This document shows positions 1-8,290 of a stretch of 64,000 bases of DNA, one piece after another. Below the pieces are notes generated by a model. That model was given only the letters and a program-made list of their open reading frames with translations. It was not told the origin of the DNA and made no database searches. Source of the stretch: a virus (taxonomy: Duplodnaviria > Caudoviricetes); the IMG/VR virus record IMGVR_UViG_3300005326_000040, positions 128,001-192,000 of that record; one strand, 5' to 3'. Positions within the stretch are counted from its first letter, which is position 1. The number at the start of each line of letters is the position of its first letter. Position numbers and translations under genes: made by a program.

Positions 1-168
1 TTATGAAAGATTCTCAAGGAAACTATAAGATTATTGATTTGGAAAGTATTGACTTTTACAAATATATGAAGAGTTTATCTACAAAAGCCAAAGGTTCATC
101 TAACTGAAATTTGATTTTGTTTTCATATTTTTGGGCTACAATCTTCCTACTGTACACTAGAAGGTCTA

Positions 169-220
169 CCAAGCTCGCTTCGCTCGCTTGGCAAAGATCA
201 AAGATCCTACAAGGATCTTT
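169..220. repeat. Dispersed double-hairpin element, copy 1
   Basis: CCAAGC/GCTTGG stem with 11-nt loop TCGCTTCGCTC (reverse complement GAGCGAAGCGA), then AAAGATCC-TACAA-GGATCTTT, in AT-rich non-coding DNA. Confidence 0.55.
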
Positions 221-305
221 AATTTAACCTGAAAGAAAAGTTTTGAATTAAAAATCGTATATGGTCATACACATTTGTAAGATAATGTAGGATAAGGAGA
301 TTAAC

Positions 306-626
306 ATGTCACGTATGTACGCTGAAGATCACTCGGTTCTAAGTTCGGTAATCATTGGTATTGTAATGTTTGCCATTATTGGTGTGTTTGTAAGTCTTAG
401 AGGCGGCTGCGTTGATAATTCTGTGGCACTAAAGGCGGCTAGGGTGAACGGCTTCACGGAGGCGAAAATTTTAGATAAGCGAAGTATGTTCCCGGCTTGG
501 GAGGGATGCGCTGAATCGGATGCTGTAGCCTTCAAGATGCAAGCAAAGAATCCTGTAGGACAGCAAGTGAACTTTACCGTGTGTGCTGGCTGGCCATTTA
601 AAGGTGCAACCATCAGAGTACCGTAG
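306..626 (+). CDS. Hypothetical membrane-anchored protein
   Basis: GGAG SD upstream; N-terminal hydrophobic helix; three Cys in soluble part. Confidence 0.7.
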   Translation: MSRMYAEDHSVLSSVIIGIVMFAIIGVFVSLRGGCVDNSVALKAARVNGFTEAKILDKRSMFPAWEGCAESDAVAFKMQAKNPVGQQVNFTVCAGWPFKGATIRVP

Positions 627-628
627 CT

Positions 629-1081
629 ATGCCTCAACCAAGAGAATTTAATCTCATTTCAAGTCCTCTAAGAGGATATTATGCGAGATTTATTTGCCCA
701 ATTGTTAAGGGCGAGCTTAAAGGACAACTAGTTATAGTTATTGCTTCTCTGAAAACAGACGTAGGCTATCCTTTTGAATGTTATGATGTTTGCTCACAGA
801 CATTTTGTCTTAATATAGATTCAAAAAGTCGTGATTTTTATCTAAGCCTTGGTATTTCAGGCTTTAACATTGCGTATAGTAGTTTTAGCAACAAATATAT
901 AGTGCAAGGATTGCACAGAGATTATTTGGGAGAGCTTTTGGAAAAGCTAGACTGCGAAAGGAAGCCAGAAAAGACATACGATAAGGGCGGAATTTGCGCT
1001 ACCTGCGGAGAGTATGATGAATTTGCTGCGTTTTATCCTAATTATCGACAGACGCGGTGTACTAAGCACGCCTCCAAATAA
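629..1081 (+). CDS. Hypothetical protein with C-terminal Cys cluster
   Basis: ORF in co-oriented string; CATC...C..H at C-terminus. Confidence 0.6.
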   Translation: MPQPREFNLISSPLRGYYARFICPIVKGELKGQLVIVIASLKTDVGYPFECYDVCSQTFCLNIDSKSRDFYLSLGISGFNIAYSSFSNKYIVQGLHRDYLGELLEKLDCERKPEKTYDKGGICATCGEYDEFAAFYPNYRQTRCTKHASK

Positions 1082-1099
1082 GAAAGAAAAGGAACTATC

Positions 1100-1282
1100 A
1101 TGTCATCCATCTTTGGTCTCGTAATGTTTGCCTTTCTCGCTGTTGTGTACTTCGTTCCGAGCATCATCGCAGCAAGCAAGAACAAGAGCAACGTGGCAGC
1201 TATCGCTTGTTTGAACTTCTTGCTTGGTTGGACGATTATTGGTTGGGTTGTTTGTTTTATTTGGGCGGCAATGGATGATTGA
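1100..1282 (+). CDS. imm: Superinfection immunity protein (T4 Imm family)
   Basis: YFVPSIIA...NFLLGWTIIGWVVCFIWA matches the Imm family signature. Confidence 0.85.
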   Translation: MSSIFGLVMFAFLAVVYFVPSIIAASKNKSNVAAIACLNFLLGWTIIGWVVCFIWAAMDD

Positions 1283-1328
1283 ATTGTATTAGAAGAAGGA
1301 ATTAATCCAACCATAAAGAAAGAAACGA

Positions 1329-1706
1329 ATGGGGTCCATCATTCGGGTTGTTGGTTACGATTCAATCGCAGAAAAATTGGAGGTTATGGATATCAATCAA
1401 ATAGAAGGCTTTCGTGAGTTTTTTAAAGGCGACTGGGACAGACAGAGTTACTGGCTGTATCTCCCAGGTAGCAATGACATATCTTATTCTATTTGCTATT
1501 ATGTGGGCTCTGTAACTAATCTCAAGCGAACACCATTTAGGATTAATAGCTGGGGTAGTTATCTTGTTGGCAATATTATTATCACCAAAGAAGTAAGGAA
1601 TTCCGGACGCGCTTATTCTTCAATGCAGTGTTCTGATATTTCATTTATCTTTCAAAGGTTTGAGGATTACAAAAAGGAATTTGATCGGCGTAGACCAAAT
1701 GGATAA
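1329..1706 (+). CDS. DUF3846-like paralog 1
   Basis: IIRVVGY..EKLEVMDI N-terminus; GNIII...SMQCSDISFIF C-terminal motif. Confidence 0.55.
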   Translation: MGSIIRVVGYDSIAEKLEVMDINQIEGFREFFKGDWDRQSYWLYLPGSNDISYSICYYVGSVTNLKRTPFRINSWGSYLVGNIIITKEVRNSGRAYSSMQCSDISFIFQRFEDYKKEFDRRRPNG

Positions 1707-2040
1707 AAAATATCCTACCATACGCGTTATTATTTTGGCTCCCGGTAAACAATTGGAAGTAAAGGATATTGAAAACACATGGATGAGTTTTGAAAGAATC
1801 GTTGGGTCTAATTATACTGCGATACGGTATTCTCAAGGTAAAAATCACTATAACATTTACAGCATGAATTATAATGACTTAGAACGTCAGCCCAAAAACA
1901 TTTTAGGAAACAAAGGAATTAATATTATTGTTAGGTATGAAGGGGGAAGAGGGTCTACAAATATAGGATGCGAAGACGTAAATTTTTTCCTTGCAGAAAT
2001 TGCCGCGAAGGAAGAAAATGTTAAAGCCAAAGCCAAATAA
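1699..2040 (+). CDS. DUF3846-like paralog 2
   Basis: RVIILAPGKQLEVKDIENTWMSFERIVG; NIGCEDVNFF; ATG at 1699 preferred over track start. Confidence 0.6.
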   Translation: MDKKYPTIRVIILAPGKQLEVKDIENTWMSFERIVGSNYTAIRYSQGKNHYNIYSMNYNDLERQPKNILGNKGINIIVRYEGGRGSTNIGCEDVNFFLAEIAAKEENVKAKAK

Positions 2041-2347
2041 TTTAGTCCGCGTAATTTTTTATCAACCTGACAAAGGGTTGTCGGTTATAGATATAGAGAA
2101 TTTGCGTCCGCCGTTTGAAGTCTTACTTGGACGTTATTATATTGGGACGGACTGGACAAGGCCCCCATCTAAAAGTAAATTTGTATATAGAATTTGTCAC
2201 AAAAGTGATGATGAGTTTTTTGGTAAACATAATTGTATTGTTGGAAAATTGGACACATATGCTGGCGCATTTGTTTCGATGAAGTGTGATGATATTACCT
2301 TTGTTTATGCTGAATTTGAAAAGCTTAAGCAGCGAGAGGGATCATAG
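2018..2347 (+). CDS. DUF3846-like paralog 3
   Basis: RVIFYQPDKGLSVIDIEN; SMKCDDITFVY. Confidence 0.55.
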   Translation: MLKPKPNNLVRVIFYQPDKGLSVIDIENLRPPFEVLLGRYYIGTDWTRPPSKSKFVYRICHKSDDEFFGKHNCIVGKLDTYAGAFVSMKCDDITFVYAEFEKLKQREGS

Positions 2348-2356
2348 GGTAATAAT

Positions 2357-2851
2357 ATGGAAACTCTTCTGATGAGTTCTTGTTTGACAAAGAGTATGTA
2401 TGGGACCGAGCTTACTCCAATCAAATCAATGTTTGGATTTAAGACGGGGCAACTGAAAGTTCAAGAGCGTTTTCCAAAGGCTGGGTGGTATAACCTACAC
2501 GGTGAACGCTTGGGCTGGGGAGACTTGACGGACGCTGACCTGGAAATGGTAAGCCGCAAGATTCCCGAGAAAGAAGTCTTCATTATCTTGTCCGAGTGGA
2601 ATTCTCATTGGAATACTGTTGCAGGTCGTCCTGCTCAGGAAAATGATGCTCCTGGTAAGGAATACATTTTTGAACATCTCTTGTGCTTTATTGTAGCCGG
2701 AGCAATTTATACCGTATCTCCATATCAACATCTTGAACCCGTACTGGAAGAAGTTCGCGGGTGGTTGAATGTAAGTCTCCCAGTATATCACATTGATCGA
2801 GAATCAGCGGTAGCTTTGATTGAAAAATTGATTTCCGCTGGTGAAAATTGA
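2357..2851 (+). CDS. Hypothetical protein
   Basis: ORF in co-oriented string; WYNLHGERLGWGDL segment; no family recognised. Confidence 0.65.
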   Translation: METLLMSSCLTKSMYGTELTPIKSMFGFKTGQLKVQERFPKAGWYNLHGERLGWGDLTDADLEMVSRKIPEKEVFIILSEWNSHWNTVAGRPAQENDAPGKEYIFEHLLCFIVAGAIYTVSPYQHLEPVLEEVRGWLNVSLPVYHIDRESAVALIEKLISAGEN

Positions 2852-2998
2852 AAAGCCTGTAATTTAGAATAAGAACCAAAAATACGTTCGTCTTGTAGCG
2901 GCTAAAGGGGATTGTGTTCTTTTAGGTCCGGTGGTATTAAGGGCATCCTTGATGCACAAACCAACTGAACCAAAAAGAATATCAAGTGGGGGTCAATC

Positions 2999-3241
2999 GT
3001 GAAGTACAACGTGTTTCAACTCGCATCGTTCAATGTAGATGTTCTGGGTTGTAACGACAATGGTCCAACAGTGAACAAAAAGTATCTTCAGGAAATCCAA
3101 GTTAATGTGGAGGCTAAGGATATCAATGAACTTCTAATTAAATTTGATGCTCATATTGGGACTGTGGTCGTCGATGAATATAAAGAGGCTTGTATCTTTA
3201 GTGCTGTCGGTTGGACCAAAATAGAAATCGTAGGGCAATAA
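2999..3241 (+). CDS. Hypothetical protein
   Basis: GTG start with GGGGG SD; TAATG overlap with next gene. Confidence 0.55.
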   Translation: MKYNVFQLASFNVDVLGCNDNGPTVNKKYLQEIQVNVEAKDINELLIKFDAHIGTVVVDEYKEACIFSAVGWTKIEIVGQ

Positions 3242-3699
3242 TGAGTAATCCTGACTTTTCAAGTTTTTCTCCTTTCGTGACAGCAACGGTAACTTCGGGC
3301 AGAGCCAAGCAACGCTCCTTTTCAAATATCGGGTTTAGTGTCCGTGTGTTTCTAACGGACAACAATATTGATTTTGAACGCAACACGCTTTACAATCTCG
3401 ACATTCATTATCTTCAGCCTGGGGCTGCTAAATCAAGGCACATCAATAAGATTAGTGAGCCAGAAAGGACAACGCTCAAAAAGAAAATCAACGAATCAAT
3501 TGTGGAGCCTTATCTTAGTGCTGTTACTTATTATAATGTTCCTGCTGATGTACTGAATAGTTTTATCCTTAATTTGATTGCGCTTGATGAAGGCAAAACT
3601 TTTCATGAAAACGAAAAGCCTTGTAAGCTTTGTAAGCGTAAGAATTATTCTTATGAAAAGATGTGTTGGTGGTGTGGTATTTCTGACCCTGTTGAGTAA
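3241..3699 (+). CDS. Hypothetical protein with C-terminal zinc ribbon
   Basis: CKLC...CWWCG; ATG overlaps upstream stop. Confidence 0.65.
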   Translation: MSNPDFSSFSPFVTATVTSGRAKQRSFSNIGFSVRVFLTDNNIDFERNTLYNLDIHYLQPGAAKSRHINKISEPERTTLKKKINESIVEPYLSAVTYYNVPADVLNSFILNLIALDEGKTFHENEKPCKLCKRKNYSYEKMCWWCGISDPVE

Positions 3700-3722
3700 C
3701 TCAAAGTGAGAATAAGAATATC

Positions 3723-4199
3723 ATGAAGACAAGCGTAATGACTCTTGGTATGGTTGTCGATGAGTTGGCAGATGCTCTTCGAGATGACACTAATGTTCAA
3801 GCCATTGGAATGAAGCAAGCGGCTGATGTGCTTGTTATTTATCTCAATCAAAATCATCCAAGTAATAGCACGCCATATCCGAACCGTTTTAAAGGATATG
3901 ATGTTGAAGTGATTGTTTTGGGCCAGATGTCTCCCGCTGCTGATAGTACCCCTCGACTTCGCGAATATATTTTGTCGGTGGCAGAATATCATCGTCAAAA
4001 CTATAAAGTTGACGCTATTTCTCTTAGGGAAGCTGTAAAGAAATTTGAAGCAGGAGAAAGTGAGACTTTGGATGATGCTTTGGAATATGTAAGTGTTGAT
4101 GATACCAGAGGGTATAACGGAATTATTGAAGCTGAAACAGTTGTTGACGAACAGGTTGTTCATTATTTCACTGATGACATTCGCAAGGTAATGACATGA
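3723..4199 (+). CDS. Hypothetical protein
   Basis: ORF; ATGA overlap with next gene. Confidence 0.65.
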   Translation: MKTSVMTLGMVVDELADALRDDTNVQAIGMKQAADVLVIYLNQNHPSNSTPYPNRFKGYDVEVIVLGQMSPAADSTPRLREYILSVAEYHRQNYKVDAISLREAVKKFEAGESETLDDALEYVSVDDTRGYNGIIEAETVVDEQVVHYFTDDIRKVMT

Positions 4200-4717
4200 G
4201 TGACCTATTGTCGGTTCCGTGGAAGCCTGAGTATACGGCAGTTACGGATATTCCTCCTGGTAAGCAAATGGCTTTTGTTGGTTTCTCCGGGATGGTTGGC
4301 AAATATACATTTAGATTGCATGTGCGGCACACTGCAAACCTGCTTCATTTTCATTTGCCTTTTGACACCTGGGATAAGGTAGAAAGATTCTTCAACGTAT
4401 CTGTTGAAGAAAAGAACTACAATTACAAGAGAAGTTTCAGAGAGCACAGATTCGAGTGTGAAATAACTGATTCTGGCGCCAATTTGGATCCTACCAAAGA
4501 AGCAATTGTAATTCCGGCGCCTCATGTTGTGCCATACGCTTGCCTTAGTAGAGATAATTTGGCTTCGTTTATTAGATATGTTGTTGGTGAAATCGAATGG
4601 GGATTTTTGAAGGCTGATGGCCGAGGCGGATTTTGTGAAAAGTGCAAGCTATATGACCGATATGCTAGTAGAAACAAAATTGGTCAAGTAGTTTGTTACC
4701 GATGTTTTGATCGATGA
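4196..4717 (+). CDS. Hypothetical protein with C-terminal CxxC pair
   Basis: CEKC...CYRC. Confidence 0.65.
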   Translation: MSDLLSVPWKPEYTAVTDIPPGKQMAFVGFSGMVGKYTFRLHVRHTANLLHFHLPFDTWDKVERFFNVSVEEKNYNYKRSFREHRFECEITDSGANLDPTKEAIVIPAPHVVPYACLSRDNLASFIRYVVGEIEWGFLKADGRGGFCEKCKLYDRYASRNKIGQVVCYRCFDR

Positions 4718-4847
4718 ATATTTGCCAGCGATCTTATAGGACGCTAGGCATGATAAGATCGGGAATGGAGTTGTCAGCCGCATTGTATTTCGATATTTGA
4801 TTTTGATAAGTGTTATTAACTTGTTCGGATAAATGCGAGAGAAAACA

Positions 4848-5405
4848 ATGAATCGGTCTACCAACGTTTCCAAGTCCAAGTCACAGTCTGTTCCTCCTGT
4901 TGTTCCTGCTGTGGACCCTGCTTTGGTTGCTGCTGTTGCAGCGACGCTTCAGGTCATGCAGGCTTCTGGGCAATTCAATGTGTTCCAGGGGGTTGCTGCG
5001 GCTCCTCCCATTCCTTCTGTTCCTTCTATTGCTGCGCCGAAGTTGACGGGGCAGAAGAAGCAGCAGCAGAAGAAGCAGGCAGCGCCGCGAAGCGTTGCTG
5101 GGAAGGAGGAGCTTGTGTTGACGCCTTACTTCCACGCCAATGAAGGCGAAAGCCGTTTGGCAATTCTTGCTCCGGTTGGAAGGGGTAAGGCTCTTGTGCC
5201 GTCGCATCTTACGGAAGCGCACCATCAGAATGGGAAGGTGTTGACCTTGGAACGCTTCCGAAAGAATTCTGTTTGGTACTTGAACATCAGGCCGCTGGTC
5301 GTGGTCAACGGTGTTCAGGCCCTGGGGCTTCGGTTGATTGACAATGTTGTGGTGACAAATGCAAATATGAATGCTGAATTTGCAAGAGTAAAGAAGATGA
5401 TGTAG
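4848..5405 (+). CDS. Ala/Pro-rich protein with possible PC4-like C-terminal domain
   Basis: Low-complexity N-terminus; LERFRKNSVWYLNIR resembles the PC4 beta-hairpin (weak); terminator follows. Confidence 0.5.
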   Translation: MNRSTNVSKSKSQSVPPVVPAVDPALVAAVAATLQVMQASGQFNVFQGVAAAPPIPSVPSIAAPKLTGQKKQQQKKQAAPRSVAGKEELVLTPYFHANEGESRLAILAPVGRGKALVPSHLTEAHHQNGKVLTLERFRKNSVWYLNIRPLVVVNGVQALGLRLIDNVVVTNANMNAEFARVKKMM

Positions 5406-5419
5406 GCTTCAACGAAGCG

Positions 5420-5454
5420 GGGGAAGCGCTGGGTTCAGTGCTTCCCCTTGTCTT
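5420..5454 (+). terminator. Intrinsic terminator
   Basis: GGGGAAGCGCTG/CAGTGCTTCCCC stem followed by TTGTCTT. Confidence 0.7.
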
Positions 5455-5481
5455 CTGGCGAATCTTTGTGTGGAGAATAAA

Positions 5482-5907
5482 ATGTCTAAAGATAATTGGC
5501 ATAAATATTCTGCTTTGAACGGGCATATTTATAAGAAGTCTAAGGATTGTTTTGCTTCCGAATTCGGTCCATCCAAGACGAATCCGAACATTAACGTTTT
5601 CAAGGTTATCGGTGTGAAATGTCTTCGATGCGGTCATACCTTGACAGAATGTAAGGAACCAAACGACATTGTAAATTGTAAAGAGTGTGGCCTACGTGTA
5701 TGGCTTTCTGAGTGCGGGGATTTTCTTTGGGGGAAAGAATCCGATGAGCGGATTGCTTACTTCAAAGAAGTCAACAGCAGAATCGAACGAGAGAACCAGG
5801 AAAGAGCGGACGTTCAAGAAGAAGCAAGAAGTTTGTTTGCGAAGCTGACGCGCGAAAAAGCCGAATATATTTCCAAATATAACTACATGATTCGGACAAA
5901 CAATTAG
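5482..5907 (+). CDS. Hypothetical zinc-ribbon protein
   Basis: CLRC...CKEC; GGAG SD before ATG 5482. Confidence 0.65.
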   Translation: MSKDNWHKYSALNGHIYKKSKDCFASEFGPSKTNPNINVFKVIGVKCLRCGHTLTECKEPNDIVNCKECGLRVWLSECGDFLWGKESDERIAYFKEVNSRIERENQERADVQEEARSLFAKLTREKAEYISKYNYMIRTNN

Positions 5908-5975
5908 GAAGGCAAGATGCAACCAATAGGTTACAGAATCAGAACGCCTCCTACTAACGATACGGGATAGGATAG

Positions 5976-6269
5976 ATGCGCCAACTGGAAAAGCAAGTGT
6001 CTGAAATTCTGTTTTCACATGACCCCATGAAACGATGCTCTAAGAATTCAACAGAGTATCGTAACGAAGCCTATGAAATTGTAAATCTACTCAACAAGGA
6101 AGACACTGTTGATGAAGTTCTAGAGAAGCTTCATTCAGTTCTTGTGAAGTTTTTCGATCATAGCTTCGACTTGAGAAGTGATAAGATTGTTTTCGTTGGT
6201 GGCAATGTTGTTTCCAAAAATCATTATTTGGAAATCGCTAAAGCTATCCACACAGTAATGAGTGCTTGA
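5976..6269 (+). CDS. DUF1871/YugE-like helical protein
   Basis: HDPM...EYRNEA.EIV...LHSVL.KFF pattern. Confidence 0.45.
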   Translation: MRQLEKQVSEILFSHDPMKRCSKNSTEYRNEAYEIVNLLNKEDTVDEVLEKLHSVLVKFFDHSFDLRSDKIVFVGGNVVSKNHYLEIAKAIHTVMSA

Positions 6270-6302
6270 TTTTTTACAGAAGAAAGGGAGAGCAGAAATG
6301 TC

Positions 6303-6812
6303 ATGGCAGAAGAATATTCATTTCCTGAGGGAATTCATGACGCCTGTGAGCTAGCGTTAAGTCGGGGCTATCTCGGTAAGAGACTTTCGGAACTGGTCAA
6401 AGACGAAATCTTTGACGGGACACAAGATATCTTTTGTTGCTTCTGCAAGAGAACGCTAAGTAGAACAGAAGCTTCTATTGAACACGTTACGCCAAAGTCC
6501 GAAGCAGACTACGTTATCAAGAACCATCTTGATAATCTTGCAATATCTTGCAAGAGATGTAACAGCGAGCGAGCAGTTGCTGACTTTCATCTCTTCAAGC
6601 GTTATGCGCAAAGCAATTCAAAGTTCGACCCGCCAGAAGGTTGCAAGGAATATTCTAAGCAAAAGAAGCTAGAGCAGCTTACTATCCATACAGTTGGCGT
6701 AATTTACAATATGTATACTGATGATGGGAAAACTGTCGCTGAAATTGCAGACAAACTAAATATAAGTAAGAAGACAGTAAAAAGAGTTCTTTACGCCTAC
6801 GGCGTGATTTAA
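6303..6812 (+). CDS. HNH endonuclease with C-terminal helix-turn-helix
   Basis: CCFC...SIEHVTPKS...NLAISCKRCN; VAEIADKLNISKKTVKRVL. Confidence 0.85.
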   Translation: MAEEYSFPEGIHDACELALSRGYLGKRLSELVKDEIFDGTQDIFCCFCKRTLSRTEASIEHVTPKSEADYVIKNHLDNLAISCKRCNSERAVADFHLFKRYAQSNSKFDPPEGCKEYSKQKKLEQLTIHTVGVIYNMYTDDGKTVAEIADKLNISKKTVKRVLYAYGVI

Positions 6813-6840
6813 TTTCTAAACATCTACGCAGGCAGTCATC

Positions 6841-7464
6841 ATGAGCAATACACACATCATCCAACAGTTTGCTTCGGTTGCAGGGCAGAGTGATATCGAT
6901 AGAGTTATTGCCAGTAAGGAAATGGTAGAAGCCGCTAAGTCGGCCTTCCATCAAGGCATGGCCGGGCTAATTCGTTCTTTTCTTCAGCAGGTTGGAGGAA
7001 TGAACGAAAACGATATGGCCGAATTCGTGAAGAACTATTTGATTTCAAACGAATCGCCTGTTGCCGCAGCCATCACAACGGCTCTTGCTCAGCAGCAGAC
7101 CTCACAGGTTTCTCAAACGACTGAGACGAGAACGCACACAAATTCCAATGGCGTTGAACTGTTTGAGTCAACCAGTGGAAGGAAATTTCCGTGGATTCAG
7201 GATAGGACGGTTATGGCTACAGCGTCTGACCTTAATGGGATTGTGGTTCCGCCAGTTATTCGAGAGCGAGCAATTGCTGCTCTGTCAAGTCGAGACGGGC
7301 TGGAACTAGGTGAAGTTATTTCTGCCGTTGGTTTGGATGTCCAAAGCAATACCGATAAGCAATTGGTTCGAGCGTGTCTCCGGAGTCTTGCCAGAGACGG
7401 TAAGATTCAAGGCACTGAGGGTATGCGCCGAGGCAAGCGGTATCGACTTGTGGTTCAGTCATAA
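6841..7464 (+). CDS. Protein with C-terminal winged-helix DNA-binding domain
   Basis: LELGEVISAVG...VRACLRSLARDGKIQGTEGMRRGKRYRL. Confidence 0.6.
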   Translation: MSNTHIIQQFASVAGQSDIDRVIASKEMVEAAKSAFHQGMAGLIRSFLQQVGGMNENDMAEFVKNYLISNESPVAAAITTALAQQQTSQVSQTTETRTHTNSNGVELFESTSGRKFPWIQDRTVMATASDLNGIVVPPVIRERAIAALSSRDGLELGEVISAVGLDVQSNTDKQLVRACLRSLARDGKIQGTEGMRRGKRYRLVVQS

Positions 7465-7504
7465 TTGAAAATTCAAAACTGATAGCCGCAACAAAGGTAT
7501 AGTA

Positions 7505-8179
7505 ATGCCTAATACTCAAAATCTTCCTGTTGTTGAACTTCAACAGGCTCTCGACTCTTGTCTCGATGCGTTGATGGCAACTGGAGTAGAGGTAGAGTCT
7601 TACGAGCTTTTCCACCATCTCAATGATACGTCAGTAGCTCGATTCTTTAGAATGGTGCAGATTGAAGGAGAAGAGGCGCCCGTTCATAGGACGCCTATTG
7701 TTAAGTACAAGCATCATACCGAAGATTATTTTGAGCGCGCAGGCATGGAGCTTCGCTCTGCTCCTTATAAGGATTACACCGAAAAGGAAAATGCGGAGCC
7801 GGAGCTTCAGGAAGGAACGCATTCTTTCGCGGATGTTTGTGCGATGTTTGAGCTTTATTGTAGATGCATGTTTGTTTCCGGGCGAAACAAGTGGGCAGAA
7901 TTTTCAGCCATTCGGCGGCGCTATCGTCGGCGGTTGGAATCCATGATCGTTCCCGTAATTCTTTTCAAGCAGTTGGAAAGAGAAGCTCTTTTCAAAAACA
8001 AGAATGGAAACAGCGCGGAATTCAAGAGGCGGCAAAAGATTATGTATATTCCTGACATCGGGGATAGACTGTATCATACGCCGCTAGTTGTGCTTCAAGC
8101 ATTTGATTTCGGCATGACCGACGAAGACGCCAAGGCAAAGACCCAGGAGATTTGGGCGGAGGCAAGAAAAAGTAAATAG
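7505..8179 (+). CDS. Hypothetical protein
   Basis: 224-aa ORF in co-oriented string. Confidence 0.7.
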   Translation: MPNTQNLPVVELQQALDSCLDALMATGVEVESYELFHHLNDTSVARFFRMVQIEGEEAPVHRTPIVKYKHHTEDYFERAGMELRSAPYKDYTEKENAEPELQEGTHSFADVCAMFELYCRCMFVSGRNKWAEFSAIRRRYRRRLESMIVPVILFKQLEREALFKNKNGNSAEFKRRQKIMYIPDIGDRLYHTPLVVLQAFDFGMTDEDAKAKTQEIWAEARKSK

Positions 8180-8290
8180 ATCTTTTTGGAGTTGAAAAAC
8201 TTCGGTGTAGGGTGGCTTCGTGACCGTCGTTGAGGATATTATAACCTTGAGCTGAGGTTAATTTTGAAATTAACAAGACATTCTAAAGGT

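Noticed and set aside
2852-2998. tRNA or ncRNA in this intergenic gap
   Set aside because: No cloverleaf or convincing stems were found.
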